Positions 51,902 through 64,000 are shown, counted from the first letter of the stretch. The stretch is DNA of 64,000 nt from Callorhinchus milii (GCF_018977255.1 NW_024704743.1:106146001-106210000), one strand, 5' to 3'. The notes: generated from the letters alone by a model not told the origin. Program-made: numbers and translations.

Positions 51902-52779
51902 ACAACATTACTTGACATAGGGATATAAATGGCTCAGTGTCAGTAGGTTATCCTGGCTTATGTTCCCTCCTCATCCAAATTTGCTCACAATTCAGATAAG
52001 TTTGTCATTTATACCATTGTTGCTTGCAGAATGTTGGGGAGAATTAGCTGTTTCTCCATCACAAAAGTCACTTCTAACCAGTTTCATCCTGTAAAGCACT
52101 TTGATGAGTTTATTTATGTCAAAGGGGTTATATGACCATAGATTGTGGTAGAAACCAGTGATACAACACCATTACTTTTTTTTACAAAATCTATATTGTT
52201 GATATATATTTACAATTATCTCAGACCGTCTCAAGCCCAGTACAGAAAAAAAGATGCAACATGTTATTAACCCGTTACCGGATGTAACAGCCCCAGCCCC
52301 TTGTGGAGGGGGTGAGGGGGGGTTTGCTTCTGCGCACTCCACATTGGTGGAGCAACCAAGGCTTCCCCGCCTTGGGGTTCTATTAACCTTTGCAAGACGC
52401 AGTTACAAATGGGGTCCTGTACCACCCTACCTATTCCCTCCAACCTTTGTGGGGAGTGCGGACAGGTTCACAGCTCACAGGATGTGCACACATTTTTTGG
52501 GACGCTCTCTCTTAGGACAGATTTTTTTTTACAAAATATGTATATTTATTTGTTGATAGGTATTTATGCTTATCTCAGAAAATTAACACAATTACCTGGC
52601 ACAATCCACGAGTACATTTCCCAGTACAATATAACAGTGTTTCTTTTGCTGATACAGGAAACTCAGAGGACTGACTCCTTTCCTTTGTTGTGCTTACATT
52701 GCAGGTATGCTAATAGGAAGGACCAATGTAGTAAATTTACTGCCCTCCCCAAACCTTTTGAGGTGCACAATGTATAGTA
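51902..52779 (+). repeat. Copy 1 (uninterrupted) of a locally duplicated ~880-bp unit
   Basis: Aligns by eye to 56683-56757 plus 59810-60643. Confidence 0.9.
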
Positions 52780-52825
52780 CTACTTGTTCTGTTTTGTGAC
52801 TGTTGGTAGCACTGGTTCACATAGT

Positions 52826-53208
52826 GGAGTCCTGTAGCTCAGTGGTTAGAGCACTTACCTTGCAAGCGAGAGACTTGGGTTCTGTTCCCGGCAGGGTGAA
52901 ATGTTGGGCAAGTTTCCTTACTCCACACGCCTCTGTTTACCTAGCAGTAAGTAGGAACCCGATTGTTAGTCGATTAGCGGATTGCTTTTCCGGGGATGAT
53001 AATCCCTCAAAAAAACATTTTTCAATAATAATTTGGTAACTCAATCCATGACTGTTTGTGGGACACTTCTGTGTGCAATTGGCTGCCACGTTTCACCCAC
53101 AAAATATACAGTCAATTCACTTTACAATATATTCTGTGAAGTGCTTTGAAACAGCTCGAAGACGTGATAAGGCGCTATATCAAATGCAAGGATTATTACT
53201 ATTATTAT
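52826..53208 (+). mobile_element. Full-length tRNA-derived SINE with a DeuSINE/L2-type 3' tail
   Basis: A box tagctcagtggttagagc, B-box-like gggttctgttccc, ctgtttgtgggacact.ctgtg.gcaattggctgcc segment, tail aaggcgctatatcaaatgcaagg(att)n. Confidence 0.9.
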
Positions 53209-53619
53209 ATAATGACCAAAATAGATTACACTAATTTATGGGAACTGTGCTCAAATAGTAAATTGCAGGAACTCCACACAAATCTTATTAGACCCAATAT
53301 TGATTTTGGAGATTGTGTAAGATTCAATTTCCTGCTAATACCATTTCTGACCTCCCCCCGCCTTCCACCCCTTTTGATTCCAACCCCATTTTAGGTGCAA
53401 ACCCTTGACTGTCCAGCGCCTTACCTTGGGATGTTCTCCTGATACGTACGAAAATTGGGGTGAGGATGCGCAGAGTTTGGTGCTGGTGAGGATACGAGCA
53501 GTGGAGGTTTGGATCAGCTGAATCTTGTGGATAATTGGAGCTGGGAAGACCAGCGAGAAGTACATTTGAGAAATCAAAGCAGGAAGATTCACCAGATTAA
53601 TAAGCGGGATTTGGAGTGT

Positions 53620-53970
53620 AACTGTGATGAGAGGTTGGGTAAACTTGTGTTATGTACCTGAGAGCTGATTAAGGGGTGATCTGATGAGTGCTTGAGGGAA
53701 TTGACAGGCGAAAGGGCTCCATGATTATAGTCCTAAAATTAGAGCTAAAACGGTTAGATGTGAGATCAGAAAAAAATTCTTCATAGAAATAATGCATTTT
53801 TCCAGAGGCTATAGATGCAGAACAGATAGGGATGTTTAAAAGAGAGATCGATGGATACTTGAGTTATAAATGTATTAAGAAATATGCAGAAAAGGCAGGG
53901 ATTTAGGATTGAAAGATGTGCCATAATCTAATGAATTGGCTGAAATGACTCCTCCTATTCTTATCTCCCT
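53620..53970 (+). mobile_element. Degenerate CR1 3' fragment (similar remnants near 25130-25425 and 60690-61070)
   Basis: aggggtgatctgat...aaattcttcataga...aaaagagagatcgatggatacttg and a ggctgaaatgactcctcctattc tail. Confidence 0.6.
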
Positions 53971-55025
53971 ATAACCACAGCTCCCAGTTGCTATGAATGA
54001 TAGGATTCCTATGTGGAAGGGCTTGTCAATTGTTCTCTAATTAAATACCATTGTGCCAGTCATTCAGCTCCATGTATGACTTTCAAACCATCGTGTGAAA
54101 GAATGAGTGAACTATGAGTGAACCATCCATGTACAGGTATATCTGATTTAAAAATAAAGACTCTACAAGAACAGATGAAAGTAAAACTTTTAATTTTTGA
54201 CTCTTAACTCTGCACCCATGTGTCACTGTCATTGTTTATCAATGTGATTAATGTCTGCTGTGACAGATACTCTAGCTGGAGCACTTTTAGCTCTGAGATT
54301 CCTCTAGGGCAAGATTCCGAGTTCAAAACCTTTGAGGGTGTGATGTAGATTAATAGAATTACAGTTTCTCAGCTAATGTTGTTTGTTAAGATCACCAGTC
54401 CCCAAAATTAGGTAAAATGACTTCCCTTTCCCTGTTGATAATGCAGGCAGTTAATAATGTGGGCACTTAGATAATTTGGCTGATATATTTGGGCCAGCAT
54501 ATGTGGGAATGATTGTATTTTTTTAAAAAAAACATTGCCTTGCTTTTCATTGAAACACAAGATGTCTTCAGGCAAGTGAATCAAAAGAATCACTTGACTT
54601 ACTAGAGGCAGGGTTATGAGACTAAATATATAACACACTGTTTAGAATAGAATTTAGAATTGACTATCATTGCTGTTTTTGTTAAAGATCAAACAAACAA
54701 AACTGAGCTGCGCCAAAACATAACTTATTAATTGAATGATTAAAACCTACTATTTTCCAAATATTATGCAGTTAGAGAAAAAAATTAATTTTGATCAAAT
54801 TTTGTACATTTTTATAACTTGCTAATAAAGATATTTTGGGTCAGACGTGTGTCTTATCCATGCTTACCCCCCAACACACGCAAACTCCCATGACTGGAAT
54901 GGACTGAGCACTCTCTCCCTGGTGGGACTCAACCTGCATATCTAATTCTAGAGAGTATTAGGTGCAGCTTAGCGAGAGCCAAGGCATAAGGACCCCGAAG
55001 TGTGTATTTGGGCACAGCTAAAAAA

Positions 55026-55332
55026 ATAATCCTTGCATTTGATATAGCGCTTTTCACGTCTTCTAGATGTCTCAAAGCGTTTCACAGAATATACTGTAAA
55101 GTGAATTGATTGTATATTTGTGGGCGAATCGCGGAAGCCAATTGCGCCCAGCAGTGTCCCACAAACAGCTGTGGATTGAAGTGAACAATTTATTATTGTT
55201 TTTCTTTTCTTGAGGGATTATTTTCAGGCATGTGGAGTAAGGAAGCTTGCCCAAGGTTTCGCCCTGCTGGGAATCAAACCCAGGTCTCTCACTTGCGAGG
55301 CGAGTGCTCTAATCACTGAGCTACAGGACTCC
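55026..55332 (-). mobile_element. tRNA-derived SINE, internally shortened subfamily
   Basis: Head and tail as in 52826-53208, lacking the ~65-bp ctgtttacctagcag... segment. Confidence 0.9.
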
Positions 55333-56757
55333 AAGCTAAAATCGCAGAGCTTGCCACTGAAAACTGAATGTGCTCTCTAGCAAGCTTCTCGCTGTTTGTC
55401 CAGCTTGGACCAACCCGTTAGAGCTTTAGCGTGCAGGATTAACAGGGGCTAAGTGGTTAAATCCATGCCCCCTGCAAGTCCTACTAATCTGACCCAGGCT
55501 AGTTGGACTGACATTTGCATTGCCTTGGAGTACTGCGAATACACCCACCTGGCTCAGGAACCGGACCACAAAACAAATTTACATTCATATAGCTCCTTTC
55601 ACGTTGGAAGGAAAGCCAAGATCACCACAGAGGATTGACTCAATTCCAATCTGGAATTCTATTTGCCAGCCAGTTCAGCTCCAAGGAGACCATGCTTCCC
55701 TTCCCCACCCCCAGCCCCCAACTCTGGGAGTACAGTGCAAATAGCCCTGGGTATTCCCCCACACACCTCAAGGTGTTATGATGTACTCTGCCCAGAGCAA
55801 TGGTTGAGGCAAAATCAAATTAGATTTCAAAAAGGAACCAAATAGATGTAAATTGATATCTAAAACAAAGTAAACTGCAGGGGTATGGGGAAAAGGCAAC
55901 TAGCACAATCGGCCAAATGGCCACCTTTCTGTGCTAAAAAATTCTGTGTTTCTTTGTTTCATCTAAATTTCTTGTTCTTTGACTGACAACCAGGCATGAA
56001 GGGCATTATCCAAATGCAAGTTGTTGTTATAGTGTTTCATAGTGAACTCTATTGGATTGTGGGTTGTTGCAGCTTTAGATTTGCACCCAATAAAATTTGC
56101 ATTAGCAGTTTTTGTCTCATAATTTCCTTCTTAGGATTCATAAAGAACCAAGTAATTTACAATTTACTTGCTTTTGTGTGTGATTTTGGTGTGTGACCAT
56201 TTGACGCTGACCATTTTTAATTTCTGTCTCTTCCCCTTCTCCTCAATATCATAAATCAGTGCTACAAACGGAGAGGTTGAGCAGTCAGTGTGATCTGTGA
56301 CCTCTGACATTGTAGCTTTGTAAAGTGGTTGCTAAGAGATACATTAGTAGCTGAGGAGACTCGCCCAGCAATTTTCCTTCCCTGTGGGGAAGCACTTTAT
56401 TGCGGCTCTAGAGATCAGGAATATGCCGGAAGAATTGGCAACAATCCTACCCAAACAGTATGCCTTCAGGCTATCACCAGGAGACTTTCATCATGTGTAC
56501 ATTTGATATAGCACCTTTCACTTTGGGAGGACATCTCAAAGTACTTCACAGAATTTACTAAAAAAGTGTAGTGACTGTGTGTTTTATAGGTGAAACACAT
56601 TCAGTAATCTTTATTACTTTCAATAACTTGAAGCTTGTGTTTTACTCAATGCTGCACACTTTCTGCTCAAGAATGATGTTATACAACATTAATTGACATA
56701 GGGATATTAAAGGGCTCTATCAATAGGTTATCCCGGCTTATGTTCCCTCCTCATCCA

Positions 56758-59700
56758 GATTTTCCCGCCATTCTGCGTGACGTCATTTCTGCCCGCCAGG
56801 TTTGAATCCCTGGTAGCAGGTATAGTAGTTTTTACCAGTGTCTCCCTCCCATCCTTTGTCTCCCTGTCCTTCCCCTGCAGGCTGCTCATTGCTAACAACA
56901 ATGAGCGTCCACCCCCCTCTGCGGCACCTCTAGCCCCCACAGCCTCCTGCAGGCTGACAATGTCCCGCTAATCTGCCGCCTCTCGTCTCAGGGTGTGCAT
57001 ATTGGCTGCCGCCCCTGACCCGAGCTGGCAGTCCCTCAAAATGCAGCCCTCCCTGCAACTCTCCCGCTCTGTCCTGCTCTCTCTACGCCCTCTCCGCTTT
57101 GTATCTGCTTGACCCCCCACCACTGCTTCCCTCTGCTCCAGCCTGGGAATCCTCCGCCGGGCTCATCTTGGTACTCAGTGTTGGCTGTCCAGCAGCAGCC
57201 ACACTGACTGCCCCATTCTCCACTACCACCGTAAGCCACCCCGGACCCAGACCTCGGTGGCTAACCTCCCTCATCCGCATTCCCACCCTCCCTGCCAACC
57301 AATCCACTACCCCCTCTCATCCCACACATCCCCCTGCCTCCCCCTACCTACCTGCCCGTACCCTCCGTTCCTCTGGCTCCGGTCTGCTCCACGTCCCCCG
57401 CCCCAACCGCCCTACCATCGGTGGTCGGGCCTTCAGCCTCTCAGCCCCCAGGCTCTGGAACTCCATCCCCCAGTGCCTTCGCCTTGCCTCCTCCCTCTCC
57501 TCCTTCAAGGCCGGTCTCAAAACCTTTCTCTTTGACCGAGCCTTCAGCTCCCCTCTCGACTCTCTTCCCCCTCCTCGCTCCCTCCCTTCCCTCCCCTCAC
57601 CCTGACCATTTCCCCCCTCCTTGCTCCTTCCCTCCCCTCACCCTGACCATTTCCCCCCTCCTTGCTCCCTCCCTTCCCTCCCCTCACCCTGACCATTTCC
57701 CCCCTGCTCGGGTCATGACCCAACTGTGCAGCGCCTTGGGACGTCCTCCTGACGTGAAAGGCGCTTTTATAAATGGAATCTTGTTGTTGTTGTTGTTGCC
57801 TCCAAACCTACGATCATCTTTTACCCCCCGTGGAAGAAGATCTCCCCGCAATCCCTCTCCGCTGCCCTGGAGTCCTCTGAACACTTCCCACTCTGGCCCA
57901 CCTCCCGGACCAACCCATCCTCTGCGTTTACTCTCCTCCACAGCACTGTCTCCACCACACTCAACGCCCTTGCCCTCCTCACCTCCCAAACTGCCTCCTA
58001 TTCCCGATCCTCACCCTGGTTCACCGGCCACCTCTGCTTGCTCAAGGGCCAGGTGCGGTCTGCCGAACCCACTTGACTCAAATCCAGCCTAACAGTCCAC
58101 CAACACATCTGACTGGACCACATCAAAACCTAGCACTCTGCTCTCGCCTCAGCCAAATCATCCTTCTACTCCAGGTTAATCCTGGAAGCGAAGGGCAACC
58201 CCAGGCTCCTGTTCTCCACCACTAACCAGCAACTCTGCCCTCCCCGCCTCGCAGATTCTTTCCTCCGACTCCCACTGTGAAGAAATGCTGGACTTGCTCG
58301 AGTCCAAAATCGAGGAAATCCGCTCAGCTGCCACTGCCCTCCCAACTTCCACCCCCTCCCTATCCCACCCCCCCACACTCCAACCACTACCCATCCCTTC
58401 TTCCACACCTTTGAACCTGTCACTTCCTCCTCTATCATCATCACCGTGTCCTCCATGAAGCCCACCACCTGCTCCCTGGACCCCATCCCCACCCCTCTCC
58501 TTAAAGCTGAGCTCCACCTTCTTGCCCCACTACTCGCCGACATCATCAAGCTCTCTGTTATCTGGCACTGTTCCTACCTCCCTCAAAAGAGCCACTATCA
58601 ACCCCCACCTTGAAGAAACCTTCCCTTGACTCAACACAGCTATCCAGATACCGGCCCAACTACAATCTCACTTTTCTGTCCAAGGTCCTTGAGAGAGAAG
58701 CTGCCTCCCAGCTTCACTCTTTCCCACAAATATGCGGTCAATTCATTTTACAGCATATTTTGTGAAGTGCTTTGAGATGTCTAGAAGATGTGAAATCTTG
58801 GTGACATCATCCACAGACATGGAGTAAATTTCCACATGTATGCGGATGACATCCAACTCTATCTTTCTGCCTCCATCCTGAACTCCAGGACTACTGGCGT
58901 CCTGACCGACTGCCTGTCCGACATCAAGTCCTGGACGAGGGACAACTTTCTCCAGCTGAACGTCAGCAAGACCAAGGCCCTCCTAAATTGCCTCGTGCCA
59001 GCACCTCTGCACCTCAGGAGCTGGCAGTATCACCATCCACGGCTGCACACTCAACCTCACAAGATGGTCAGGAACCGTCATGTCTTGTTTGACCCTGAAC
59101 TGTCCTTTCTCCCCCACATCCGTGCCATGACCGGCATTGCCTACCACAACCTCCGCAACATTTCCAGACTCCGCCACTGCCTCACCTCTCAGGCTGCTGG
59201 CCACGCATTCATCACATCAAGGCTCAATTACGGAAACTCCCTCCTCATCGACCTTCCCAACTCTTCCCTTCACAAGCTGCAGATCATCCAAAACTCTGCA
59301 GCTCGTCTACTCTCGCGCACCAGGCTCCGTGACCCCATCACTCCCACCCTCGCCCGACTCCACTGACTCCCCATCCCTCAGAGGATTGAGTTCAAGATCC
59401 TCATCCTCACTTTCAAGGCCATCCATGGCCTTGCCTCTCCTATCTCTCTGACCTGCTGCCTCCCTATCAAGCTGCCTGCTCCCTCCATTCAGCGAGCTCC
59501 GGCCTGCTCCATGTCTCCCGCCCGACCTGCCCTACCATTGTTGGCTGAGCTATCAGCCTCTTTGCCCTCACACTCTGGAACTCCATCCCACAGTCCCTTT
59601 GCCTCGCTTCCTCCATTGCCTCCTTCAAGGCCAGTCTCAAGAACCTCCTCTTTGATCATGCCTTCGGTCACCCCTCCCACCTCTCTGCCTTCCCTCATCC

Positions 59701-59809
59701 CTTAGCCCACCGCTCCCCCATGCTCAGGTCCTGACCCCTGACTGTCCAATGCCTTGAGACATCTTCCCGACGTGAAATGCGCTCTATAAATGTAATTTTG
59801 TTGTTGTTG
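56758..59809 (+). mobile_element. L2-clade LINE (degenerate, internally deleted) bounded by a TCATCCA target-site duplication
   Basis: Same RT motifs as 22661-24338 (MYADDIQLY), (TTG)n tail, and an empty site visible in the paralogous copy at 51971-51982. Confidence 0.9.
57342..57796 (+). mobile_element. Nested L2 3' fragment with TGCCTCC TSD and a ~44-bp tandem repeat in its 3' UTR
   Basis: RTLRSSGSGLLHVPR...GGRAFS..APRLWNSIP...FKAGLKTFLF; (TTG)n tail; TGCCTCC at 57335-57341 and 57797-57803. Confidence 0.9.
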
Positions 59810-60643
59810 TCATCCAAATTTGCTCTAAATTCAAATAGTTTTGTCAACTCGTACCATTGTTGCTTGTGGCATGTGGGTGGTTGGGAGAATTAGCTGTTTC
59901 TCCATCACAGCAGTCACTTAATTTCTAACCAATTTCATCCTGTAAAGTGCTTTGATGAATTTGTTAATGTGAAAGGGGTTATATAATTGTAGGTTGTGGT
60001 AGAAACGAGTAATACAAGACAATAACCTCCTTTTTTACAAAATATATATTTATTTGTTGACATATATTTACGCTTATCTCAGACAGTATCAAACCCATTA
60101 CAAAAAAAAACGCAGCATGTTATTATCCGATTACAGGATGCAACAGACCCGGCCCCTTGTGGCGGCTGGGGTGGGGGTGTGGAGGTTGCTTCTGCACACT
60201 CCACATTGGTGGAGGGACCAAGACTTCCCTGCCTCACGTTTCTGCCACCCTTAGCCGGGCTCAGTTACAAATGGGGTCCTGTACCACCCTACCTATTCCC
60301 TCCAACATTAGTGGGGAGTGCGGACAGGTTCACAGCTCACAGGATGTGCACACAGTTTTTGGGACGCTCCCTCTTAGACAGTGGAACAGATTTTTTTTTA
60401 CAAAATATATATATTTATTTGTTGATATGTATTTATGCTTATCTCAGACAGTTAACACAATTACCTGGCACAATCCACGAGTACATTTCCCAGAACTGTA
60501 TGTCAGTGTTTCATTTGCTGTTCCAGGAAACATAGAGGGCTGACTCCTTTGTTGTGCTTACCTTACAGGTATGCTAATAGGAAGAACCAATGTAGCACAG
60601 TTACTGCCCTCTCCAACCCTTTTGAGGTTCACAATGTATCGTA
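59810..60643 (+). repeat. Copy 2 (distal part) of the ~880-bp unit; the proximal part is 56683-56757
   Basis: Shared blocks such as cagttacaaatggggtcctgtaccaccctacctattccctccaac and ttaacacaattacctggcacaatccacgagtacatttcccag. Confidence 0.9.
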
Positions 60644-62329
60644 TTTAACATTTAACTCATTCTAATAATTTCTCTTCTAGAGATTGTAAAGGAAACTGTG
60701 GAGAAGACAAAGTTGAAAACAGGTTGAACAGATCTTTTCAAAATTATGAATGTCTTGATTCGGTAAATAGAGATTATTTCTGTGGATCAATGAATTAGTA
60801 ACAAGTATATTGTGTATTTTTGCCATACAAAAACAGGAGATTGAAAGACATTATTGCAATGAGGGTTAGAATTCGAAATATAATAATTGGTTGTTGAAGC
60901 AGAGTTTGTCACAGAATTTAAAAGGGATTTAATAGCGGGAAAATGATCTGAATTGGTGCAAGGAAGAGCAGGAAAATAGGATTAGAGTGAATCGCTCCAA
61001 TGGGGTAACTAGTACCCACATAGATACAATGGGTCAAATAGGCTTCTTCTGTGCTATAATTCTATGTAATTTCAGATTAGATAAAAGGACTTTTACAGTG
61101 CATTTTTGGTGTTCTCTATGAAAAGTTATTACAACAAAATTAATTTGTGAGAATTTTGTTTTAGTTAATATAAATGGCTCAGATTTAGTCCTTTTGAGAA
61201 AAAGCCGTTAATTTACAACAACAACAACAACAAGATTCCATTTATAGAGCGCCTTTCACGTCGGGAGGACGTCCCAAGGCTCTGGACAGTTGAGTTAGGA
61301 CCCGAGCAGAGGGGAAATTTAGAGCCAGGTTTACACATTGAGCACAAAGAACAAATTAAAGAGAAACACAATTTCCTGTTTTCATATCGTCACTTAATTA
61401 TAGCAACTACTGTTTTTTTAATTTGAGAGCACTTGTGTGGAACGAGTACAACCAAATTCTCAGCCTTGGGGATGACCTGGTCAGGGACTTCGGAGTCTAT
61501 AATGGTACCTGTCATTATATGGTGCCAGTATCTGTTTTAGCAGTTCCCTTGTTTTGTTCTGCCTTTTTAACAAATTGTATTTGTTAATTGCAGATGCCAC
61601 AAAAGCTCAAACAGGCTATTCTGATTGAATGTGCAGAAGCCGATTTAGTGGAATGATTTCTGATCAACTTTGGTTGCTTTGCAAGGAATATGGGAATTAT
61701 GGTTCAAGTTAAATGGGTCTAATTTTCATACTGGGTCTTCTTGCTGATCTTTTTGCCAATTTGCCTTGTGGGTCTTGTTATTGTTGTTGCTGTACACCTG
61801 GGGCAGAACAAAACTTTTTTTGAGCATAAGAAAATCAGCAATGTGATGCCTGTCAGCTCTCATGACAGACTATTGGACACCCCCATCAAAGTTTCAATCC
61901 AAGACTTGTGTTCAGTACTGAAACAGATACTGATCTAATAGAGAGCTCGTAGAAAGGGCCACTAGATGGAGTGCTTCATTTTAGCATTGTAGAACAACAG
62001 CCTTATGTGACCTGCAGTTTATAATAATAATAATTGTTGCATTTGGTATAGCGCCTTTCATGTCAGGGGCACTTCATGGTATATATTGTAAAGTGGAGTG
62101 ACTGTATGTTTTGTGGGTGAATTCGGCAGTCAATTTGCGCACAGCAGTTCTCACAAACAGTCATGGAGTGAATGAGCAATTTTATTTGTCTCATGGTCTT
62201 AAGCTTGAGACCACTGTCTTAATTTAAGACGGTACAGAATTTTGACAAATTCTTAAAGTCCGCTTCAATTGTGAAACTTTATCATGATATGGCATCATAT
62301 CAAATTCAAGAGTTATTATAATCATTATT

Positions 62330-62530
62330 ACTTCAGGATGAGGTCTGAGCCACTTGTCATTTGCCCCAAAACAAGATGAGTTTTCCACACCGTTACTTCA
62401 AGTGAATCCAGTCTGCCCTCTTATCACTATAGACAAGTCACCGAAGTCCCGCACTGACATTGATAGTGAAGTGGCATAGGGAATCAAAAGTGCTTTAAAA
62501 GCTTTCTACGCATTGTAGAAGAGTGTGAGA
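62330..62530 (+). mobile_element. Degenerate RTE-clade LINE fragment
   Basis: PLITID...DIDSEVA*GIKSALKAFYAL*KSV resembles the RTE post-RT motif IDDEVNARIAKASAAFGRLRKRVW. Confidence 0.5.
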
Positions 62531-64000
62531 CAGGTGCAGCTCTGCAGCAGAGAATAGTGTGAGAGTGACAGGGATGTGGTCTTAATCCCAGCAAATGATG
62601 ATCTCATCTTTGGATGTACAAAAAATATTCTTGCCGTTGTAGTACTGTTTATTTTCGGTCAAAAGGAATCTGCTTTCTATTCCCTGGTGAGTGCTCTGCT
62701 CCTACCCTAGCAAAGCTGTGGCAATGTGTTGACTGATATTCTGTTTATTAAAACGTTGCTTTCACCATGCTTGGAGAACCGTAGTGAAACTTGAATACAG
62801 CTTCTCTGCATCAAGACCAATGCCTGTTATCAAGGTGCATGATGTCATTGATATCAAATGATCAAGCTATCTTTGTGGAAATGTAATATTGTGATCTGCC
62901 TTTTATTTTGTGTACCTACAGAACTATCTTGTTATGCAGCAGCTGCCCACTTGCAATGCTTTTATGAGCCAAGTATTTTTCTTTACGGTTTAATAATTTA
63001 CTTTGATGCAACGTTTAAATTTATGTTAGGTGCAATGGTAACACGATTGTAGTTCAGCACGTGTTTTTTCTACACTGTGTTGGATCTTTTCATCGGGTGT
63101 TGAGCTTAAAGTGGCAGTTCTGTTTGATCATACTGTCAGTAGGGAATAGAAAGCAAGAGGCAGATTGAATGCATTCAGTGGAAAGCCTTTGAAACACCAG
63201 CTGAGCACTGTATAGCGTGACAGCTTGAAAACACTGTCCGAAACTGTGAATACCTCTGGAGGATTATGCTTTTTAACTTTGTTCTTACGAGAGATGTGAG
63301 CTCTGTCTTATTCAGCACAGCAATACAAGAGTAAAACACTATTTGACAACAGTTGTGCATTTAAAAGTAACCTGCTGTCCAGCTGGAAGTGTATAATGCA
63401 ATGTGTGACTCCTCATGGAATTCAGTAATATTCAGGTTGAAATTTAAAAAGATGCAAGGAATTGCCACTTTGTGGTGCAAAGAGAAATTGTACAATACTT
63501 CATGATTTCCCAGTGAGTGTTCCTTGACACCTAGAGGAAAAAGCATGGATAGTAAAGACGACTCTGCTTTCTTTGACCTGCATTTGATTTGATTATCAGG
63601 TGACTTGGCCAGCCTTAAAAGTCAATAATAGTGTTAAGTTGGGAGAAAATGTTTCCCACCTAAAGGGAGAGATTAGCTGAACCAATGTCACAATCAGGGA
63701 GCTGGTCTGGTGAACCATGCAGCTGGTCTGTCAGCTCTCGTTGTTCTTGGCTGGACTTGGTACTGGCTGGGACTTGTCATTCAGACCGGAAGGAGAAATG
63801 AACGCTGAATTCACTGAATAGCATATGCTGGGAGAATAGTTTTAAAAATGGAATGCATTTGTCTCCAAGAATCTCTCCTTCAAATATTAAAGTGCAATTC
63901 TAATTGATGCATTAATAAGTGATATGTGACAGGAGGACTTGTACATTATATTTGTTTATGAGAGATAGAAGGAGGTGGGGTGGGGGGTGACAGAAACAAT

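Noticed and set aside
52409..52520. Peptide LCGECGQVHSSQDVH resembling the LNX1/2 N-terminal zinc-binding motif
   Set aside because: No following RING sequence, the first Cys is lost in the second copy, and there are no convincing splice sites; probably chance.
52826..52900. tRNA-like sequence with A and B boxes
   Set aside because: It is the head of a SINE and continues into the SINE body; not a tRNA gene.
40713..64000. Search for XKR4 exon 2 (YF..IYLGI...EYADVSMLHL)
   Set aside because: Not found; consistent with the very long first intron of XKR4.

Overview
Vertebrate genomic DNA, AT-rich and intron-rich. The repeat content (Deu-domain tRNA-SINEs, L2 LINEs sharing the SINE 3' tail, shark-type CR1 tails) points to a cartilaginous fish, probably a chimaera; this is inference. 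(1) 246-31062 (+): the last 22 coding exons of a multi-PLAT/LH2-domain gene. I reconstructed them by hand; every junction is GT-AG and in phase, giving about 1050 aa, 8 tandem PLAT domains and a TAA stop at 31060-31062. The position just upstream of XKR4 suggests the long PLAT-containing extension of RP1, though an automated annotation may call it LOXHD1-like. (2) 39985-40712 (+): coding exon 1 of XKR4 in a CpG island, flanked by long purine-rich and GT-rich minisatellites. The remaining 23 kb is XKR4 intron 1 and contains a strong RE1/NRSE site, many SINE and LINE fragments, and a locally duplicated ~880-bp unit. The second copy of that unit carries a TSD-bounded L2 with further nested insertions. 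Most ORFs in the supplied track are spurious or repeat-derived. No rRNA, tRNA or CRISPR features were found. Named repeat families and motif consensuses are recalled, not searched.
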